A stretch of DNA of 63,315 nt, filler included. It is 7 parts of 7 records of this genome, joined end to end, with 100 filler letters (N's around TTAATTAATTAA, not from the genome) between each part and the next. Parts side by side here need not be neighbours in the genome. Positions count along the whole stretch, not along the records: positions 10,983 to 20,451 come from SRR31156797_35299; positions 20,552 to 27,054 come from SRR31156797_35320; 5 more parts are not named here. One strand, written 5' to 3'. Of the stretch, positions 10,983 through 21,716 are shown piece by piece. The position numbers were made by a program, and so were the translations under genes. A model generated the notes under the pieces. That model saw nothing but the letters and a program-made list of their open reading frames with translations. It made no database searches and was not told where the DNA came from. Each line of letters opens with the position of its first letter. Positions within the stretch are counted from its first letter, which is position 1.

Positions 10983-11110
10983 GGGAACCCTGTGAGAATC
11001 AGGGACGGGCCCGCCGCTGTATTCGGGGACGAACGCTGCAATTTTGCCACTGACTAAATGTCGGGAAGGCGCAGTTATTAGGATGATCCGATAGTCAGAA
11101 TATCTGCCTG
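10983..11110 (+). ncRNA. Cobalamin (B12) riboswitch aptamer, 5' end clipped
   Basis: GGGAA-ccctg-tgagaat-caggg, GCCCGCCGCTGTA, GCCACTG...GGGAAGG, B12 box AGTCAGAATATCTGCC; upstream of TonB receptor/cob genes. Confidence 0.92.
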
Positions 11111-11173
11111 GAAATGTAATGTATATCGCCCGAGGACAAGGCAGATATACCATGACTGCGGAAAAAACAAGGG

Positions 11174-11220
11174 AATCCCAGATCATTTTTTAACTAAAGG
11201 GTCTGGGATTTTATTATTTT
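11174..11220 (+). terminator. Intrinsic terminator of riboswitch expression platform
   Basis: aatcccagatc / ggtctgggatt stem followed by ttattatttt; ggcagatat (11140) can alternatively pair with atatctgcc (11100). Confidence 0.7.
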
Positions 11221-11337
11221 TAAATAAAATTAAATACCTGCTAATTCCGGATCCAAAGCCGTAGCTATGCAAGATGGATAAAATTTTGTTTCTATACCCA
11301 CTGAATTTTAACCAAAAGTTTAGCGAGGAGAGATTAG

Positions 11338-13431
11338 ATGAAATCCGGTTTAGTAGTTATTGTTGCAATGTTATGTATTTATCCGGTGGTGGTGTTTGCC
11401 GGACAAAACGTTGAAGAAGTTCATAAATTAGACGACATTGTCGTCACCTCAACCCAGAAGGCCAGGGCCGTTGATACGCCTGCAAGCCTTTCCATCATTA
11501 CCGGTGAAGAGCTTCGGGACATGGGCGCGAAAAATATTGTTGAAGCGCTGTCCAAAATTCCCGGGGTCACTGACAGCAGTTCAAAAAGCCAATCTGTTAT
11601 TATTCGTGGAAATAAAAGTGCCATGGCCGGCGGCCCGGTTCTTTTAATTGACGGGGTGCCCTTGAAAATGGGGGATTACCGGTACAGTGAGTTTGATTTT
11701 ATTCCTGTGAACCAGATAGAACGTATTGAAGTTCTGAGGTCGGCCGGCATTGCCTACGGTCCGGGGGCGGCCAGAGGCGTCATCAATGTGATCACCAAAA
11801 AGAGTACCCAGGATGGGTTCCATGGTGATGTTTCCGCATCTTACGGTTCATGGGACACCCATGACGAAAACGTCTCCTTGTCCGGTATGAAGAACAAGTT
11901 TGATTTTCTGGTGGATGCCGAAAACTATCACACAGACGGGTATGAACAAGAAGAGGAAAATCGTAAGTCTGTTTTGGGGCGGATCGGGTACAACCTGTCC
12001 GACCAGACCCGCATCGGTCTTCGGGTCAATCATGTGGACTATGACAACATGACCGCAGAAGGACTGAAAAAATACAAATGGCAGTTGGACAACTATCGCC
12101 GCAGCATCCATTTCCCCAAAAGTGAAACCGATTCGGATCTGCTCTGGCACAACGAAAAAGAAGAAGAGAATACAACGGCGGCCCTGGAGTTCTCCCATAA
12201 GGATAAGAACATATTTTTTGACGCGTCGTTATCCTGGGCAACATATGAGAAAGATTTCAGGCGAAACTATGCCATATATGACAGCCCTAAAAGTGTTTAC
12301 CATGAAAATTCAGATCAGGATACATATGCGTTGACCATATCGGGCGGATATCATTTAAGTTTTGGTTCCGTTAGTTACACCCCTTCGGTCGGGATTAATT
12401 TTGAAGATATTGATAATACTGTGAGCCGAATTTATCCTTATAATTCTTCTAAAAATACAGATAAATATAATTTTGATCTTCAGGAAAAAACCTATGGGGT
12501 TTTCTGGGACAACGAATTGATGTTCAATGAAAACTGGGGATTGAACCTCGGAGCTCGCTTTGACAGGACCCAGGTGGAATTCCAGGACAAGGTGCCCAAT
12601 ATTGTGGATGAATCCCATGATCTGATCAGTTACGCCGTTGCACCTTCCTATCATTTCAATGACAAAGCCATGGTCTATGCTTCCGTGGGAAGAAATTACT
12701 GGTTTCCCACGCCGCGATACTATGCCTGGGCCGTTGAAAAGGGCGGAACCCAGAACCCGGTTGAAGACCTTGAGCCCGAAGAGGTGCTGACATATGAACT
12801 GGGTTACAAGCATATGTTCAACAAGATGTTCAACATCAATGCCACAATTTATTTTTCAGATTATAAAGATAAATTCGGCACCGTGCGGGACGAATCTGAT
12901 AACTCCTGCGGCCAGGGAAATATCGGTGATGCCGAGGCCAAGGGCGTCGAACTTGAGGTGGATGGAAAATTGAACAGGTATTTTGGATACCGGCTGGCTG
13001 CCACTTACCAGGATATCGAGTGGACCTCGGGAACCGCCCTGGCATACATTCACCCGACCAACGCCCGGGACTATACAGCCGACATTTCCGGAAAACAGAT
13101 CTACTGGGTTCCTAAGTTCACGGGCCTTGTGGGCCTTGATTTTTATCCCATGGATAATCTGAAAATCAGCCTTGACATGAATTACATGGGCGAACGGTAT
13201 GTGGATTATCTAAACCGGATTGAATATCCGGACAAGACCACGTTTGACGCGCGGGTTGCCTACACCTGGAATCAGTGGAAGTTCTGGATACTGGGTAAAA
13301 ATATTTTTGATGAAGATCTTGAATATGTATCCAATTCCTCCGGCAAGCTGAATTCAGATGGTGACCCCAACAATGCCTATTATGTTCAAAGCGGCGCATA
13401 TGTGGAGGCCGGGATCAGTTATCACTTTTGA
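11338..13431 (+). CDS. TonB-dependent receptor (corrinoid/tetrapyrrole or cobalt; BtuB/HmuR-like)
   Basis: Signal peptide, DDIVVT TonB box, plug LLIDG...IERIEVLR, C-terminal ISYHF. Confidence 0.92.
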   Translation: MKSGLVVIVAMLCIYPVVVFAGQNVEEVHKLDDIVVTSTQKARAVDTPASLSIITGEELRDMGAKNIVEALSKIPGVTDSSSKSQSVIIRGNKSAMAGGPVLLIDGVPLKMGDYRYSEFDFIPVNQIERIEVLRSAGIAYGPGAARGVINVITKKSTQDGFHGDVSASYGSWDTHDENVSLSGMKNKFDFLVDAENYHTDGYEQEEENRKSVLGRIGYNLSDQTRIGLRVNHVDYDNMTAEGLKKYKWQLDNYRRSIHFPKSETDSDLLWHNEKEEENTTAALEFSHKDKNIFFDASLSWATYEKDFRRNYAIYDSPKSVYHENSDQDTYALTISGGYHLSFGSVSYTPSVGINFEDIDNTVSRIYPYNSSKNTDKYNFDLQEKTYGVFWDNELMFNENWGLNLGARFDRTQVEFQDKVPNIVDESHDLISYAVAPSYHFNDKAMVYASVGRNYWFPTPRYYAWAVEKGGTQNPVEDLEPEEVLTYELGYKHMFNKMFNINATIYFSDYKDKFGTVRDESDNSCGQGNIGDAEAKGVELEVDGKLNRYFGYRLAATYQDIEWTSGTALAYIHPTNARDYTADISGKQIYWVPKFTGLVGLDFYPMDNLKISLDMNYMGERYVDYLNRIEYPDKTTFDARVAYTWNQWKFWILGKNIFDEDLEYVSNSSGKLNSDGDPNNAYYVQSGAYVEAGISYHF

Positions 13432-13464
13432 TGAGCCAATAATTTTATCAGGCAGGCGCATGTC

Positions 13465-14214
13465 ATGCTCAAGCAATTATGGATAAGTGGCATCCTTGGG
13501 GCATTCCTGGTTTTCGGCATCAAGATCGGGGTGGGGCTGGGGGCACGGATAAACCATCCGTCCATCCCAACTGCAAAAAAATGGACATTTGCGGGTAGCG
13601 CTGTTTTCGCATATCTGCTGTTGTTTTTGGGTATGTATGCCCTGGTTAATGGTTGTAACCTGTTTGACTATCTGGACCGTATCGCCAAAGCCGTCCAATA
13701 TGGTATGGTCGTTCATTTCGTACTGGCCCTGGGCTTGTTTGCCTGGGGTGTGATCCTGCTTGGGGCACCGCAAGGTCAAGGGCATGCCTCTTTAGCCCCG
13801 GGGATTTTACTGGTGCTTCCCTGCCCGGTCTGTGCCATAGTGATCCTGCTCAATCTATCCCTGGCTTTTTCTATTTTTCCCATGAATCCGGCCGTCACAA
13901 CCCTGATGCTGTTTGCATGCTTTACGGGATGCATCCTTTTAACTTTGGCCTTGGTCACCTTGTATCGACTCCATATTAATTCCATGGACAGCTTTCTGGG
14001 TCTTTCCATGGTGCTCATCGCCCTTTATTTTGTACTGACCATCCTCATTGCCCCCATTTACCCTGAAATCAGGGCGGCTTATCAAATGGCTAAGTCCAAT
14101 AATCCTGTGGGGCAGTTTGAAACGCTTCCATTCATGATACTGGCCGGCAGTGGCGTTATGCTGGGATTAGCAGGGTTTTACCGGTCCTATTTTCACAAGG
14201 CAAAACAACCATGA
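13465..14214 (+). CDS. DUF2162 putative membrane transporter (HmuT-like)
   Basis: FGIKIGVG and PCPVC motifs, multiple TM helices, typical position before ExbB-like/DUF2149. Confidence 0.8.
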   Translation: MLKQLWISGILGAFLVFGIKIGVGLGARINHPSIPTAKKWTFAGSAVFAYLLLFLGMYALVNGCNLFDYLDRIAKAVQYGMVVHFVLALGLFAWGVILLGAPQGQGHASLAPGILLVLPCPVCAIVILLNLSLAFSIFPMNPAVTTLMLFACFTGCILLTLALVTLYRLHINSMDSFLGLSMVLIALYFVLTILIAPIYPEIRAAYQMAKSNNPVGQFETLPFMILAGSGVMLGLAGFYRSYFHKAKQP

Positions 14215-14858
14215 ATATTTTTGCTGTATTTCAAACCATTTTATACACCATTTCAACGGCCTTGCTGGTACCGGTTGCGACATTGCTTATCGTTCTGTGC
14301 CTGTGGCTGTTCATTTATACCGGTGGTTTTTTAGGTGAATGGATCAAGCGCAGGCAAAAACGTTCAAAAAAGCCCTTGTCTGCATTTCTGGAAGAGATCA
14401 GCCGGACAGGGAACCTGCCCGAAGAGGTTCAATCCATGCTGCCCGCACATATCACGGCATATGCCCGGGACCTGGAAAACATCTTAAAACAGCCGGGGAT
14501 TCTGAAGGCTGAAAAAATTGAAGATTTGAATCAGAAAAAGCAAAACGTACTGTTAAAGAGCGTGGACAAAATCCGTATCGTTGTGCGCACAGGACCCGGT
14601 TTGGGCTTGATGGGCACCCTGATTCCCATGGGCACAGGGCTTTCCGGCTTGACCCAGGGCAATATGGCCCAGCTCTCCTCCAGTCTGATCCTGGCGTTCA
14701 CCACCACGGTGGTGGGCATTGCCCTGGGCATCAGCAGTTATTTTTTTACCGTGGTCAAGGAGCAGTGGATGCTTGAAGATATGCGCAGGATCAACCTGAT
14801 CACCGAAGCCATGGCAAGCGGCATTTTTAAGGAGGCTGCATCAATGGATGCGCCATGA
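14211..14858 (+). CDS. MotA/TolQ/ExbB proton channel family protein (HmuU-like)
   Basis: GPGLGLMGTLIPM...AFTTTVVG. Confidence 0.9.
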   Translation: MNIFAVFQTILYTISTALLVPVATLLIVLCLWLFIYTGGFLGEWIKRRQKRSKKPLSAFLEEISRTGNLPEEVQSMLPAHITAYARDLENILKQPGILKAEKIEDLNQKKQNVLLKSVDKIRIVVRTGPGLGLMGTLIPMGTGLSGLTQGNMAQLSSSLILAFTTTVVGIALGISSYFFTVVKEQWMLEDMRRINLITEAMASGIFKEAASMDAP

Positions 14859-15214
14859 AATTTATAAAAAAAAGCCGGGTGGACCATTTACTCAAATCCA
14901 GGTACGAAGAACCACTCAACGGGGTGGCCAACCTGTTTGATGTGGCACTTGTATTTATTGTGGCCCTGCTTTTAACCCTGATGTCCACGTTCCAGGTTCT
15001 CGATTTTTTCAAGCCGGACAGTGAAATCACCGTCATGAAAAAGGTCCGGGACCAGTGGCAGATCATCACCAAAAAGGGAAAAGAGGTCAATGTTCAAAAG
15101 GTGACAAATCATAAAATCGGCGGCAATGAAGGCTTTCGGCTCGGCACGGCCTATCAGTTAAAAAACGGTAGGATCGTTTACATCCCGGAGGAAAAAATTG
15201 ATGAAATCGATTAA
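14855..15214 (+). CDS. DUF2149 protein (ExbD-like partner, HmuV-like)
   Basis: PLNGVANLFDVALVF...LGTAYQLKNGRIVYIPE. Confidence 0.87.
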   Translation: MKFIKKSRVDHLLKSRYEEPLNGVANLFDVALVFIVALLLTLMSTFQVLDFFKPDSEITVMKKVRDQWQIITKKGKEVNVQKVTNHKIGGNEGFRLGTAYQLKNGRIVYIPEEKIDEID

Positions 15215-18200
15215 TCGGCTCTGGCTGCTGCTTTTTGCCGCAACTCTTCTGATGCCGGCCGCTTCCCCCTGTGCCCCGGACAAATTGAACATTATTTTTG
15301 CCGTCAGCACCAGAGACAGCATTATAACCGCCCGGGTCATCAGGGAGTTATCCGCAATGCCCGGCATCGGTGAAAAATGCCGTTTCAGATTCTACACGGA
15401 CAAAGAGATCCGCAACAACCAGGTTGGCCAAAATGATGTCAACGGCGCCGACATCATTTTGGCAGATTTCATGAAACGGGAAATGGATGAATTTTTATCC
15501 TCAACCCTGGAGAATAAATCCATAAAAATTTACAGTCTGCGCTGCAGTTATCTGGCCGATAAGTTAAAGAAAAAAGGGTTTATGCCACATCTTGGCTGTG
15601 AAGCCTATTTTCAGCCGCCCACCGTGGCGAATTTGAAAAATATGGTCTTTATGCTGCTTTGTGACAATGGGATTGAAACCGCCTATGAAAAACCCTTTGT
15701 TCTGCCGGATGAAGGACTCTTTCATCCGGACGCCCCGAACCTGTTTGCAAATTTTACTGATTACCTGAACTGGTATAAAAACCAGGGCATATATAACGAC
15801 AAAGGGTTCTGGGTGGGGATTCATACCTTCAGAAGCTCGGCGGTTAAAGAGAGCGGCAAGCTTGAAGCCGGCATTATTTTTGCCCTTGAAAAAAAAGGTA
15901 TCAACGTGCTGCCGGCATTTGGAAAACCGCCCTACCATAAATCCCTTGGGTCCTGTTTTCTGGACCCGAAGGGCAAGTCCCGTGTGGATGCGCTTCTTGG
16001 GTTTTCTTTTCGGTTTCTAAGGGGATTTCCAGAAGAGACCACCCGGATTTTATCCCGGATTAACGCACCGGTATTTATTCCCTTGGAGGCCCACGGCATC
16101 ACCATACATCAGTGGAAAAAATCAGATCAAGGCATTTCCACGCTTCGCACCGCCTGGCAGGTCTGCATACCCGAAGAAAACGGCGGAATTGAACCCACAG
16201 TGGTGGGCGGAAAAACAGCCGTGAGACTTAAGGGCATGACAGATATTCTTTACGACAGGGTGCCCATACCCGAGCAGGTTGCGTATCTGGTCAAACGAAT
16301 TCGGGCCTGGCACCACCTGAAAATAACACCCAATTGCGACAAAAAGATCGCCCTGCTTTACTGGAACCATCCGCCGGGCAAACAGAATATCGGAGGCAGT
16401 TACATGAACTGTTTCAGATCCATTGCCGCGATCATTTCAAAGCTTAAAGCCCAAGGGTATGCAATTGAAGACAAAGATCTCACCGAAGATGTTGTCAAAA
16501 AAAGAATTCTTTCAGGCGCCAGGAACGTGGGCTCGTGGGCTCCGGGAGAACTTTCCAGACTCATTGCCAACCACAGCGTGATAAAAATCCCTTTACCCAG
16601 GTATAAGAGGTGGTTTGCAGCCTTGCCCGAACCGTTTCAACGCCATGTGCTGGCACAGTGGGGCCCACCTGAATCCACCAATATCATGATGGACAACAAC
16701 GAATTCATCATTCCGTGCATCCGTTTGGGGCATTTATGGCTCATGCCCCAGCCCGCCAGGGGATTTGGGGAGGACCCGGAAAAATTATACCATGATCCTA
16801 AACTTTATCCCCACCATCAATACATCGCCTTTTACATGTGGCTGAAAAAAGAGTTCAAAGCCGATGCCGTCATCAGTCTTGGCAAGCACGGCACCCATGA
16901 ATGGCTGCCCGGCAAACAGGTGGGGCTTTCTTTCACAGATCCGCCCGACATACTGCTCCAGGATATTCCCAATATATACCCCTATATTGTAGACAATGTG
17001 GGTGAAGGCATCCAGGCCAAACGACGGGGCATGGGTGTTATCATCGACCATTTAATCCCGCCTCTTAAAAAAGGTGGGGCCTACATGGAATACCGGAAGC
17101 TGACGGCACTGATTGATGCATATCACATCGCCCTTGGAACCGATGAGATGCTGGCCAAAGAGAAGCTGGCAAGCGTTGAATCATTGATTAAAAAACTGGG
17201 GCTCCATAATGACCTGGATATAAAAAACTATGATTCGGAAGTCATTGAAAAAGTTGAACATTATATTCTTGAGCTTCAGGAAACCATGATTCCCTACGGT
17301 CTTCATACATTTGGCGTCTCTCCGGACGGGGAGGCGCTTTTGTCCCTCACAGACGCCATCTGTGACGCAAGCCCGGAAATAAAACAAGCCGATATGAAAA
17401 CGCAGCTTCGCGCCTGTGGCAAAAATGAGCTGACATCCCTGATCACCGCTCTAAACGGCGGATACATTGCCCCGGCGGAGGGCAATGATCCCATTCGCAA
17501 TCCCGATGCCGTGCCCACGGGGAAAAACTTTTTCGGATTTAACATTGATAAAGTACCGTCAAAACAAGCCTGGAACATGGGCAAAAAACTGGCTGACGAT
17601 ATGATTTCCACCTACCGGGAAAAGCACGGGGATTATCCGGACAAGCTGGGGCTGATTCTCTGGAGTACGGAACTGCAAAGAAACGAAGGGGCAAGCGTGG
17701 CCGCCGTGCTGCATCTTTTAGGCATATCCCCGGTGTGGGATAAAAAAAATCAGGTGGTGGACATTGTTCCCATACCGGGCCATCAGCTTAACCGGCCCCG
17801 GATTGATGTGCTGATCCAGTCTTCCGGGCTTTTCAGGGACAGTTACGCAAAATTGATCAAGCTCATGGACCGGGCCGTACGCATGGCATCCAAATTGAAG
17901 GATGTGGAAAATTTTGTGGCCATCCATAACCGGTCCATTGAAGCCGCCCTGATCAAAAACGGATATTCTCCCCGGCAAGCAAAAGAGTTAAGTCGGGCCA
18001 GGGTGTTTGCCCCCATGCCCGGGGCCTATTCCCATGCCATGCAGGAATTGATACCCAACAGCGGGGTATGGGAGAATGAAAGGGAGATCGCCGATGTTTT
18101 TATCCATCATTACGCATATGCCTATGGCAATAAAATTTGGGGCAAATCCTTGAAAAGCGGTTATATGGCCAATCTTAAAGCTGTAAAAATGGTCATGCAT

Positions 18201-19103
18201 ACCACCTCCTCCAATGTTTATAACCTTCTGGACAATGACGATGTATTCGCATTTTTAGGCGGGCTTTCCCTGGCGGTGAAGCAGCAGACCGGCAGCTTTC
18301 CCGAAACCGTTGTGGCCGATATGAAGGATGGAAAAACCCTAACACTCAACAATCTTCCCAAGGCCGTCGGCAAGGCGCTGAGGACCCGGTACCTGAATCC
18401 AAAATGGATTGAAGGCATGAAAAAGCAAGGGTATTCCGGCGCCAAGGCCATGGGCGAATTCGTGGAGAACCTGTGGGGATTTCAGGTCACCTCTCCCTGG
18501 GCCGTGGACGACAAATATTGGGAACAGATCCATGACGTCTATGTCCAGGACAAGTACGGCGAGGACCTCAAAGAATTTTTTGATAAAAATAACCCCTGGG
18601 CAATCCAATCCATCACGGCACGCATGCTTGAAGCCGCCCGAAAAAAGTATTGGAAGGCTCCGGAAGAGATGAAAAAAAATATTGCCCGGGCCTTTGCCGT
18701 CAACGTGATTGAAAAAGGGGTCGCCTGCTGTGAGCACACCTGCAATAATCCTATGTTCCAGCAATATGTCACCAATTATCTCTCACTGGCCGGCCTGTTA
18801 ACCCCCAAGCAGATGGACGACTTTAAAATGGCCCTGGCCAAGGCAGCGGGAAAACCTCTGGAAAAAAGAATTGTCGAGCACCGGCAAGCCCGGCAGGGCC
18901 TTGAAAAGGTGATCAAAGAAATTCAGCAGCCCGAAAACGCCCGGCCCCGAACCAAAGAGCAAAGTATTGAAGGGTTTGAAATAGTAGAAGAAAAAGCAAC
19001 GCAAACAACCGTAACCACTTCGGGTTCAGCCTGGCAGGTCATGGTGATTGCCGCAGGGGTACTCGTACTTTTGCTTGCAGGGTATAAATATAATCGTGTC
19101 TGA
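15198..19103 (+). CDS. CobN/Mg-chelatase-family protein with signal peptide and C-terminal TM anchor (HmuS/BtuS-like)
   Basis: GKHGTHEWLPGK, EGIQAKRRG, PTGKNF, RPRIDV, YLNPKWIEGM, CCEHTC; hydrophobic N- and C-termini. Confidence 0.9.
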   Translation: MMKSINRLWLLLFAATLLMPAASPCAPDKLNIIFAVSTRDSIITARVIRELSAMPGIGEKCRFRFYTDKEIRNNQVGQNDVNGADIILADFMKREMDEFLSSTLENKSIKIYSLRCSYLADKLKKKGFMPHLGCEAYFQPPTVANLKNMVFMLLCDNGIETAYEKPFVLPDEGLFHPDAPNLFANFTDYLNWYKNQGIYNDKGFWVGIHTFRSSAVKESGKLEAGIIFALEKKGINVLPAFGKPPYHKSLGSCFLDPKGKSRVDALLGFSFRFLRGFPEETTRILSRINAPVFIPLEAHGITIHQWKKSDQGISTLRTAWQVCIPEENGGIEPTVVGGKTAVRLKGMTDILYDRVPIPEQVAYLVKRIRAWHHLKITPNCDKKIALLYWNHPPGKQNIGGSYMNCFRSIAAIISKLKAQGYAIEDKDLTEDVVKKRILSGARNVGSWAPGELSRLIANHSVIKIPLPRYKRWFAALPEPFQRHVLAQWGPPESTNIMMDNNEFIIPCIRLGHLWLMPQPARGFGEDPEKLYHDPKLYPHHQYIAFYMWLKKEFKADAVISLGKHGTHEWLPGKQVGLSFTDPPDILLQDIPNIYPYIVDNVGEGIQAKRRGMGVIIDHLIPPLKKGGAYMEYRKLTALIDAYHIALGTDEMLAKEKLASVESLIKKLGLHNDLDIKNYDSEVIEKVEHYILELQETMIPYGLHTFGVSPDGEALLSLTDAICDASPEIKQADMKTQLRACGKNELTSLITALNGGYIAPAEGNDPIRNPDAVPTGKNFFGFNIDKVPSKQAWNMGKKLADDMISTYREKHGDYPDKLGLILWSTELQRNEGASVAAVLHLLGISPVWDKKNQVVDIVPIPGHQLNRPRIDVLIQSSGLFRDSYAKLIKLMDRAVRMASKLKDVENFVAIHNRSIEAALIKNGYSPRQAKELSRARVFAPMPGAYSHAMQELIPNSGVWENEREIADVFIHHYAYAYGNKIWGKSLKSGYMANLKAVKMVMHTTSSNVYNLLDNDDVFAFLGGLSLAVKQQTGSFPETVVADMKDGKTLTLNNLPKAVGKALRTRYLNPKWIEGMKKQGYSGAKAMGEFVENLWGFQVTSPWAVDDKYWEQIHDVYVQDKYGEDLKEFFDKNNPWAIQSITARMLEAARKKYWKAPEEMKKNIARAFAVNVIEKGVACCEHTCNNPMFQQYVTNYLSLAGLLTPKQMDDFKMALAKAAGKPLEKRIVEHRQARQGLEKVIKEIQQPENARPRTKEQSIEGFEIVEEKATQTTVTTSGSAWQVMVIAAGVLVLLLAGYKYNRV

Positions 19104-19135
19104 ACAACAATTTCGTTCAAACACAATAAAAAGGA

Positions 19136-19993
19136 GTGATTATGCATCAACATGGATACATTGGCCGGAAAATGCGCCAGCCAAGACTTAAGGAACAACC
19201 GGCAATTGTTATTGCGGCATTCGGGTCATCATCCCGGGGGCAGGACGCCATGGACGCTGTCCAAGCCCAGCTAACTGAACAATTTGCCGATTACGACATT
19301 TATTGGGCTTATACCTCGGAGATCATTCGCAGAAAAAAAGGTCTGCCAAGCCTTTTGGAAATATTGGGAAAGGTGGAGGCCGACGGATATCGAAAAGCGG
19401 TTGTTCAGCCGCTGCATGTGTTTCCGGGTACGGAATATCAACAGGTCAAGGAATCCTCTCTTTATTTCCCGGGGCTGCGGGTGGTGCTCGGAGAAACACT
19501 TTGTCACCGGTGGGATTTTGTTGAACAGGTGCTTGATGAGGTATCAAAGGATTTTTTGACCGGGGAGAAGGAGATCAATCTGCTGGCCCTGCACGGCACC
19601 CCCCTGGCGGCGGATCCGGTGAATATGGTCTACATGGGCATTAATCATCTTGTGTCGGGTCTTTATGACAATGTGTACGCGGCCACGGTCGAAGGCATCC
19701 CCAATATTAACAGTATTGCCGCCCAAATCCAAAGAGATCACGCCAAACGCGGTTTCAAGCGCATTCGCCTGGTCCCCATGATGTTTTTGGCCGGCATCCA
19801 TGTGGAAGACGATCTGATGGGCCCCGAAGATAGCTGGCGCTGCATGTTTGAACAGATGGGCATGGACGTGGACTGCCCCGCTATCTCTTTCAGCGATAAG
19901 GAATATTTCAAGGGTCTGGCATTCCGGAGCGAATGTATCCGGTTTTTTTGTCAACGACTGGAACGTTCTCTGAAAATCATGCGATGCTATTAG
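19136..19993 (+). CDS. cbiK: Sirohydrochlorin cobaltochelatase (CbiK-like)
   Basis: AAFGSS, WAYTSEIIR, VQPLHVFPGTEY, LHGT, PMMFLAGIH. Confidence 0.85.
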   Translation: MIMHQHGYIGRKMRQPRLKEQPAIVIAAFGSSSRGQDAMDAVQAQLTEQFADYDIYWAYTSEIIRRKKGLPSLLEILGKVEADGYRKAVVQPLHVFPGTEYQQVKESSLYFPGLRVVLGETLCHRWDFVEQVLDEVSKDFLTGEKEINLLALHGTPLAADPVNMVYMGINHLVSGLYDNVYAATVEGIPNINSIAAQIQRDHAKRGFKRIRLVPMMFLAGIHVEDDLMGPEDSWRCMFEQMGMDVDCPAISFSDKEYFKGLAFRSECIRFFCQRLERSLKIMRCY

Positions 19994-20078
19994 GTTCGTG
20001 CTATGTACAACCAGCTGCATGCCCGGAGCCTTGCATAATCTGCGGCCCTAAAGGCCCCCCGCAGCGCTGGGAGGCAGT

Positions 20079-20450
20079 TTATTTTTCTTTTTGCCTGAGG
20101 ATATCGTAATATGTGAGGATCCGCTCTACATAATGAACCGGTTCTTGTCCCCGGGCATATCCGTGCCGGGTTTTCTTATAGTATTTGCGTTTGCTTAAAA
20201 GCGGCAGGGTATTTTTCAGAGATTCCCATTTATTGATATCCATACCCCGTTGCCGGGCAATCACCTGGGCATCTCTGACATGGCCGTACCCCACGTTATA
20301 AGCGGCAAGGGCAAAAAGTTTTTTTTGTTGTGGGTCTGGAATATCATCAAACCGCTTGTACATCAGGTTGAAAAATTTGACGCCGGCTTTCACGCTCTGT
20401 TTCGGATCCAGTCGGTTTTTAATCCCCATCTGTTTGGCCGTGGCCAGTGT
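20079..20450 (-). CDS. mltF: Lytic transglycosylase MltF-like, C-terminal fragment
   Basis: ALAAYNVGYGHVRDA...GYARGQEPVHYV. Confidence 0.85.
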   Translation of the reverse strand, partial: TLATAKQMGIKNRLDPKQSVKAGVKFFNLMYKRFDDIPDPQQKKLFALAAYNVGYGHVRDAQVIARQRGMDINKWESLKNTLPLLSKRKYYKKTRHGYARGQEPVHYVERILTYYDILRQKEK

Positions 20451-20451
20451 C

Positions 20452-20551
20452 NNNNNNNNNNNNNNNNNNNNNNNNNNNNNNNNNNNNNNNNNNNNTTAAT
20501 TAATTAANNNNNNNNNNNNNNNNNNNNNNNNNNNNNNNNNNNNNNNNNNNN
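20452..20551. other. Artificial contig linker
   Basis: N-run with TTAATTAATTAA. Confidence 0.99.
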
Positions 20552-20552
20552 A

Positions 20553-21650
20553 TTCATAAAAATTCATACTGATAAAGGAATATATGGTATTGGAGAAGTA
20601 GGTACCTGGGGATTTTTAGATGGATGTGAGGGTGTTTTAAAAAAATTACGGGGCTATTTAATAGGAAAAGATCCTTTTAGAATAGAACATCATTGGCAAT
20701 ACATGTATAGAAGTATGTTTTTCAGGGGAAATGCAATTATGAGTGCAATTTCTGCAATAGATATTGCTCTATGGGATATAAAAGGAAAAGCATTTGGTGT
20801 GCCGGTATATGAATTATTAGGAGGGAAGTGTAGAGATAAAGTAAGAACTTATGCTCCTGTTTTCAAATTTAATGCCGAAGATATGGCAAGAGGCTGTTTA
20901 GAGCTTAAGGAAAAAGGGTTTACAGCTGCCAGACTTATGATCACAGCTGATTTGAGAAAGCCTGAAGATACAATAGAGGATACTATCTTTAATCACGTAG
21001 TAGAAGATTATGTGAATAGAGTAAAAGCGTGTAGAGAAGCAGTAGGAAGTGATTTTGATTTCGTTCTTGAAGTTCATAGAAGTATGAGTCCTATGCAAGC
21101 AATTGCTTTTGCAAAAGGTGTAGAGGAAACAAGGCCTTTAATGCTTGAAGATCCAATTTCACCAGATAATATTTCTGCACTTGCAGATGTAGCAATGAGA
21201 ACTAATATTCCTGTTGCTTCTGGAGAAAGAGGAGTTAATCTAAATGAGTTAAATGAAATGATAGTTCAGAAAGCTGTTAAAATTATAAGACCAGACGTAT
21301 GTGTTCTGGGAGGGATTACTCCATCGAAGAAAATTGCGTCAATTGCAGAGGCTAATTATGTAGATATAGCACCACATAACCCATTAGGACCTGTATCAAC
21401 GGCAGCATGTTTACAACTTGATGCATGTATTCCTAACTTCTTGATCCAAGAGTTTCCATCATTCTATGAGAGTGGAGGAGAAGCTGAGATGATGAAGGAA
21501 CCATTCAAAATTGAAGATGGTTTTCTATATATTCCTGATAAACCTGGAATTGGAATTGAACTTGTAGATGATATTCAAGAGAAATTTCCACCAAAATATA
21601 GAGAAATCAAAGCTCAAACTGGATTTGATGGTTCAGTAAAGAATGTTTAA
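20553..21650 (+). CDS. Mandelate racemase/galactonate dehydratase (DgoD-like) enolase-superfamily enzyme, 5' truncated
   Basis: Frame open from contig edge FIKIHTDKGIYGIGE; SAIDIALWDIKGK, EDP, GER, APHN, IQE. Confidence 0.9.
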   Translation, partial: FIKIHTDKGIYGIGEVGTWGFLDGCEGVLKKLRGYLIGKDPFRIEHHWQYMYRSMFFRGNAIMSAISAIDIALWDIKGKAFGVPVYELLGGKCRDKVRTYAPVFKFNAEDMARGCLELKEKGFTAARLMITADLRKPEDTIEDTIFNHVVEDYVNRVKACREAVGSDFDFVLEVHRSMSPMQAIAFAKGVEETRPLMLEDPISPDNISALADVAMRTNIPVASGERGVNLNELNEMIVQKAVKIIRPDVCVLGGITPSKKIASIAEANYVDIAPHNPLGPVSTAACLQLDACIPNFLIQEFPSFYESGGEAEMMKEPFKIEDGFLYIPDKPGIGIELVDDIQEKFPPKYREIKAQTGFDGSVKNV

Positions 21651-21716
21651 ATATTAACAAAATAAATTAAGTAATTAAATTAAGTTTTATTTATATTATG
21701 AAGGAGGTTTTATTTA

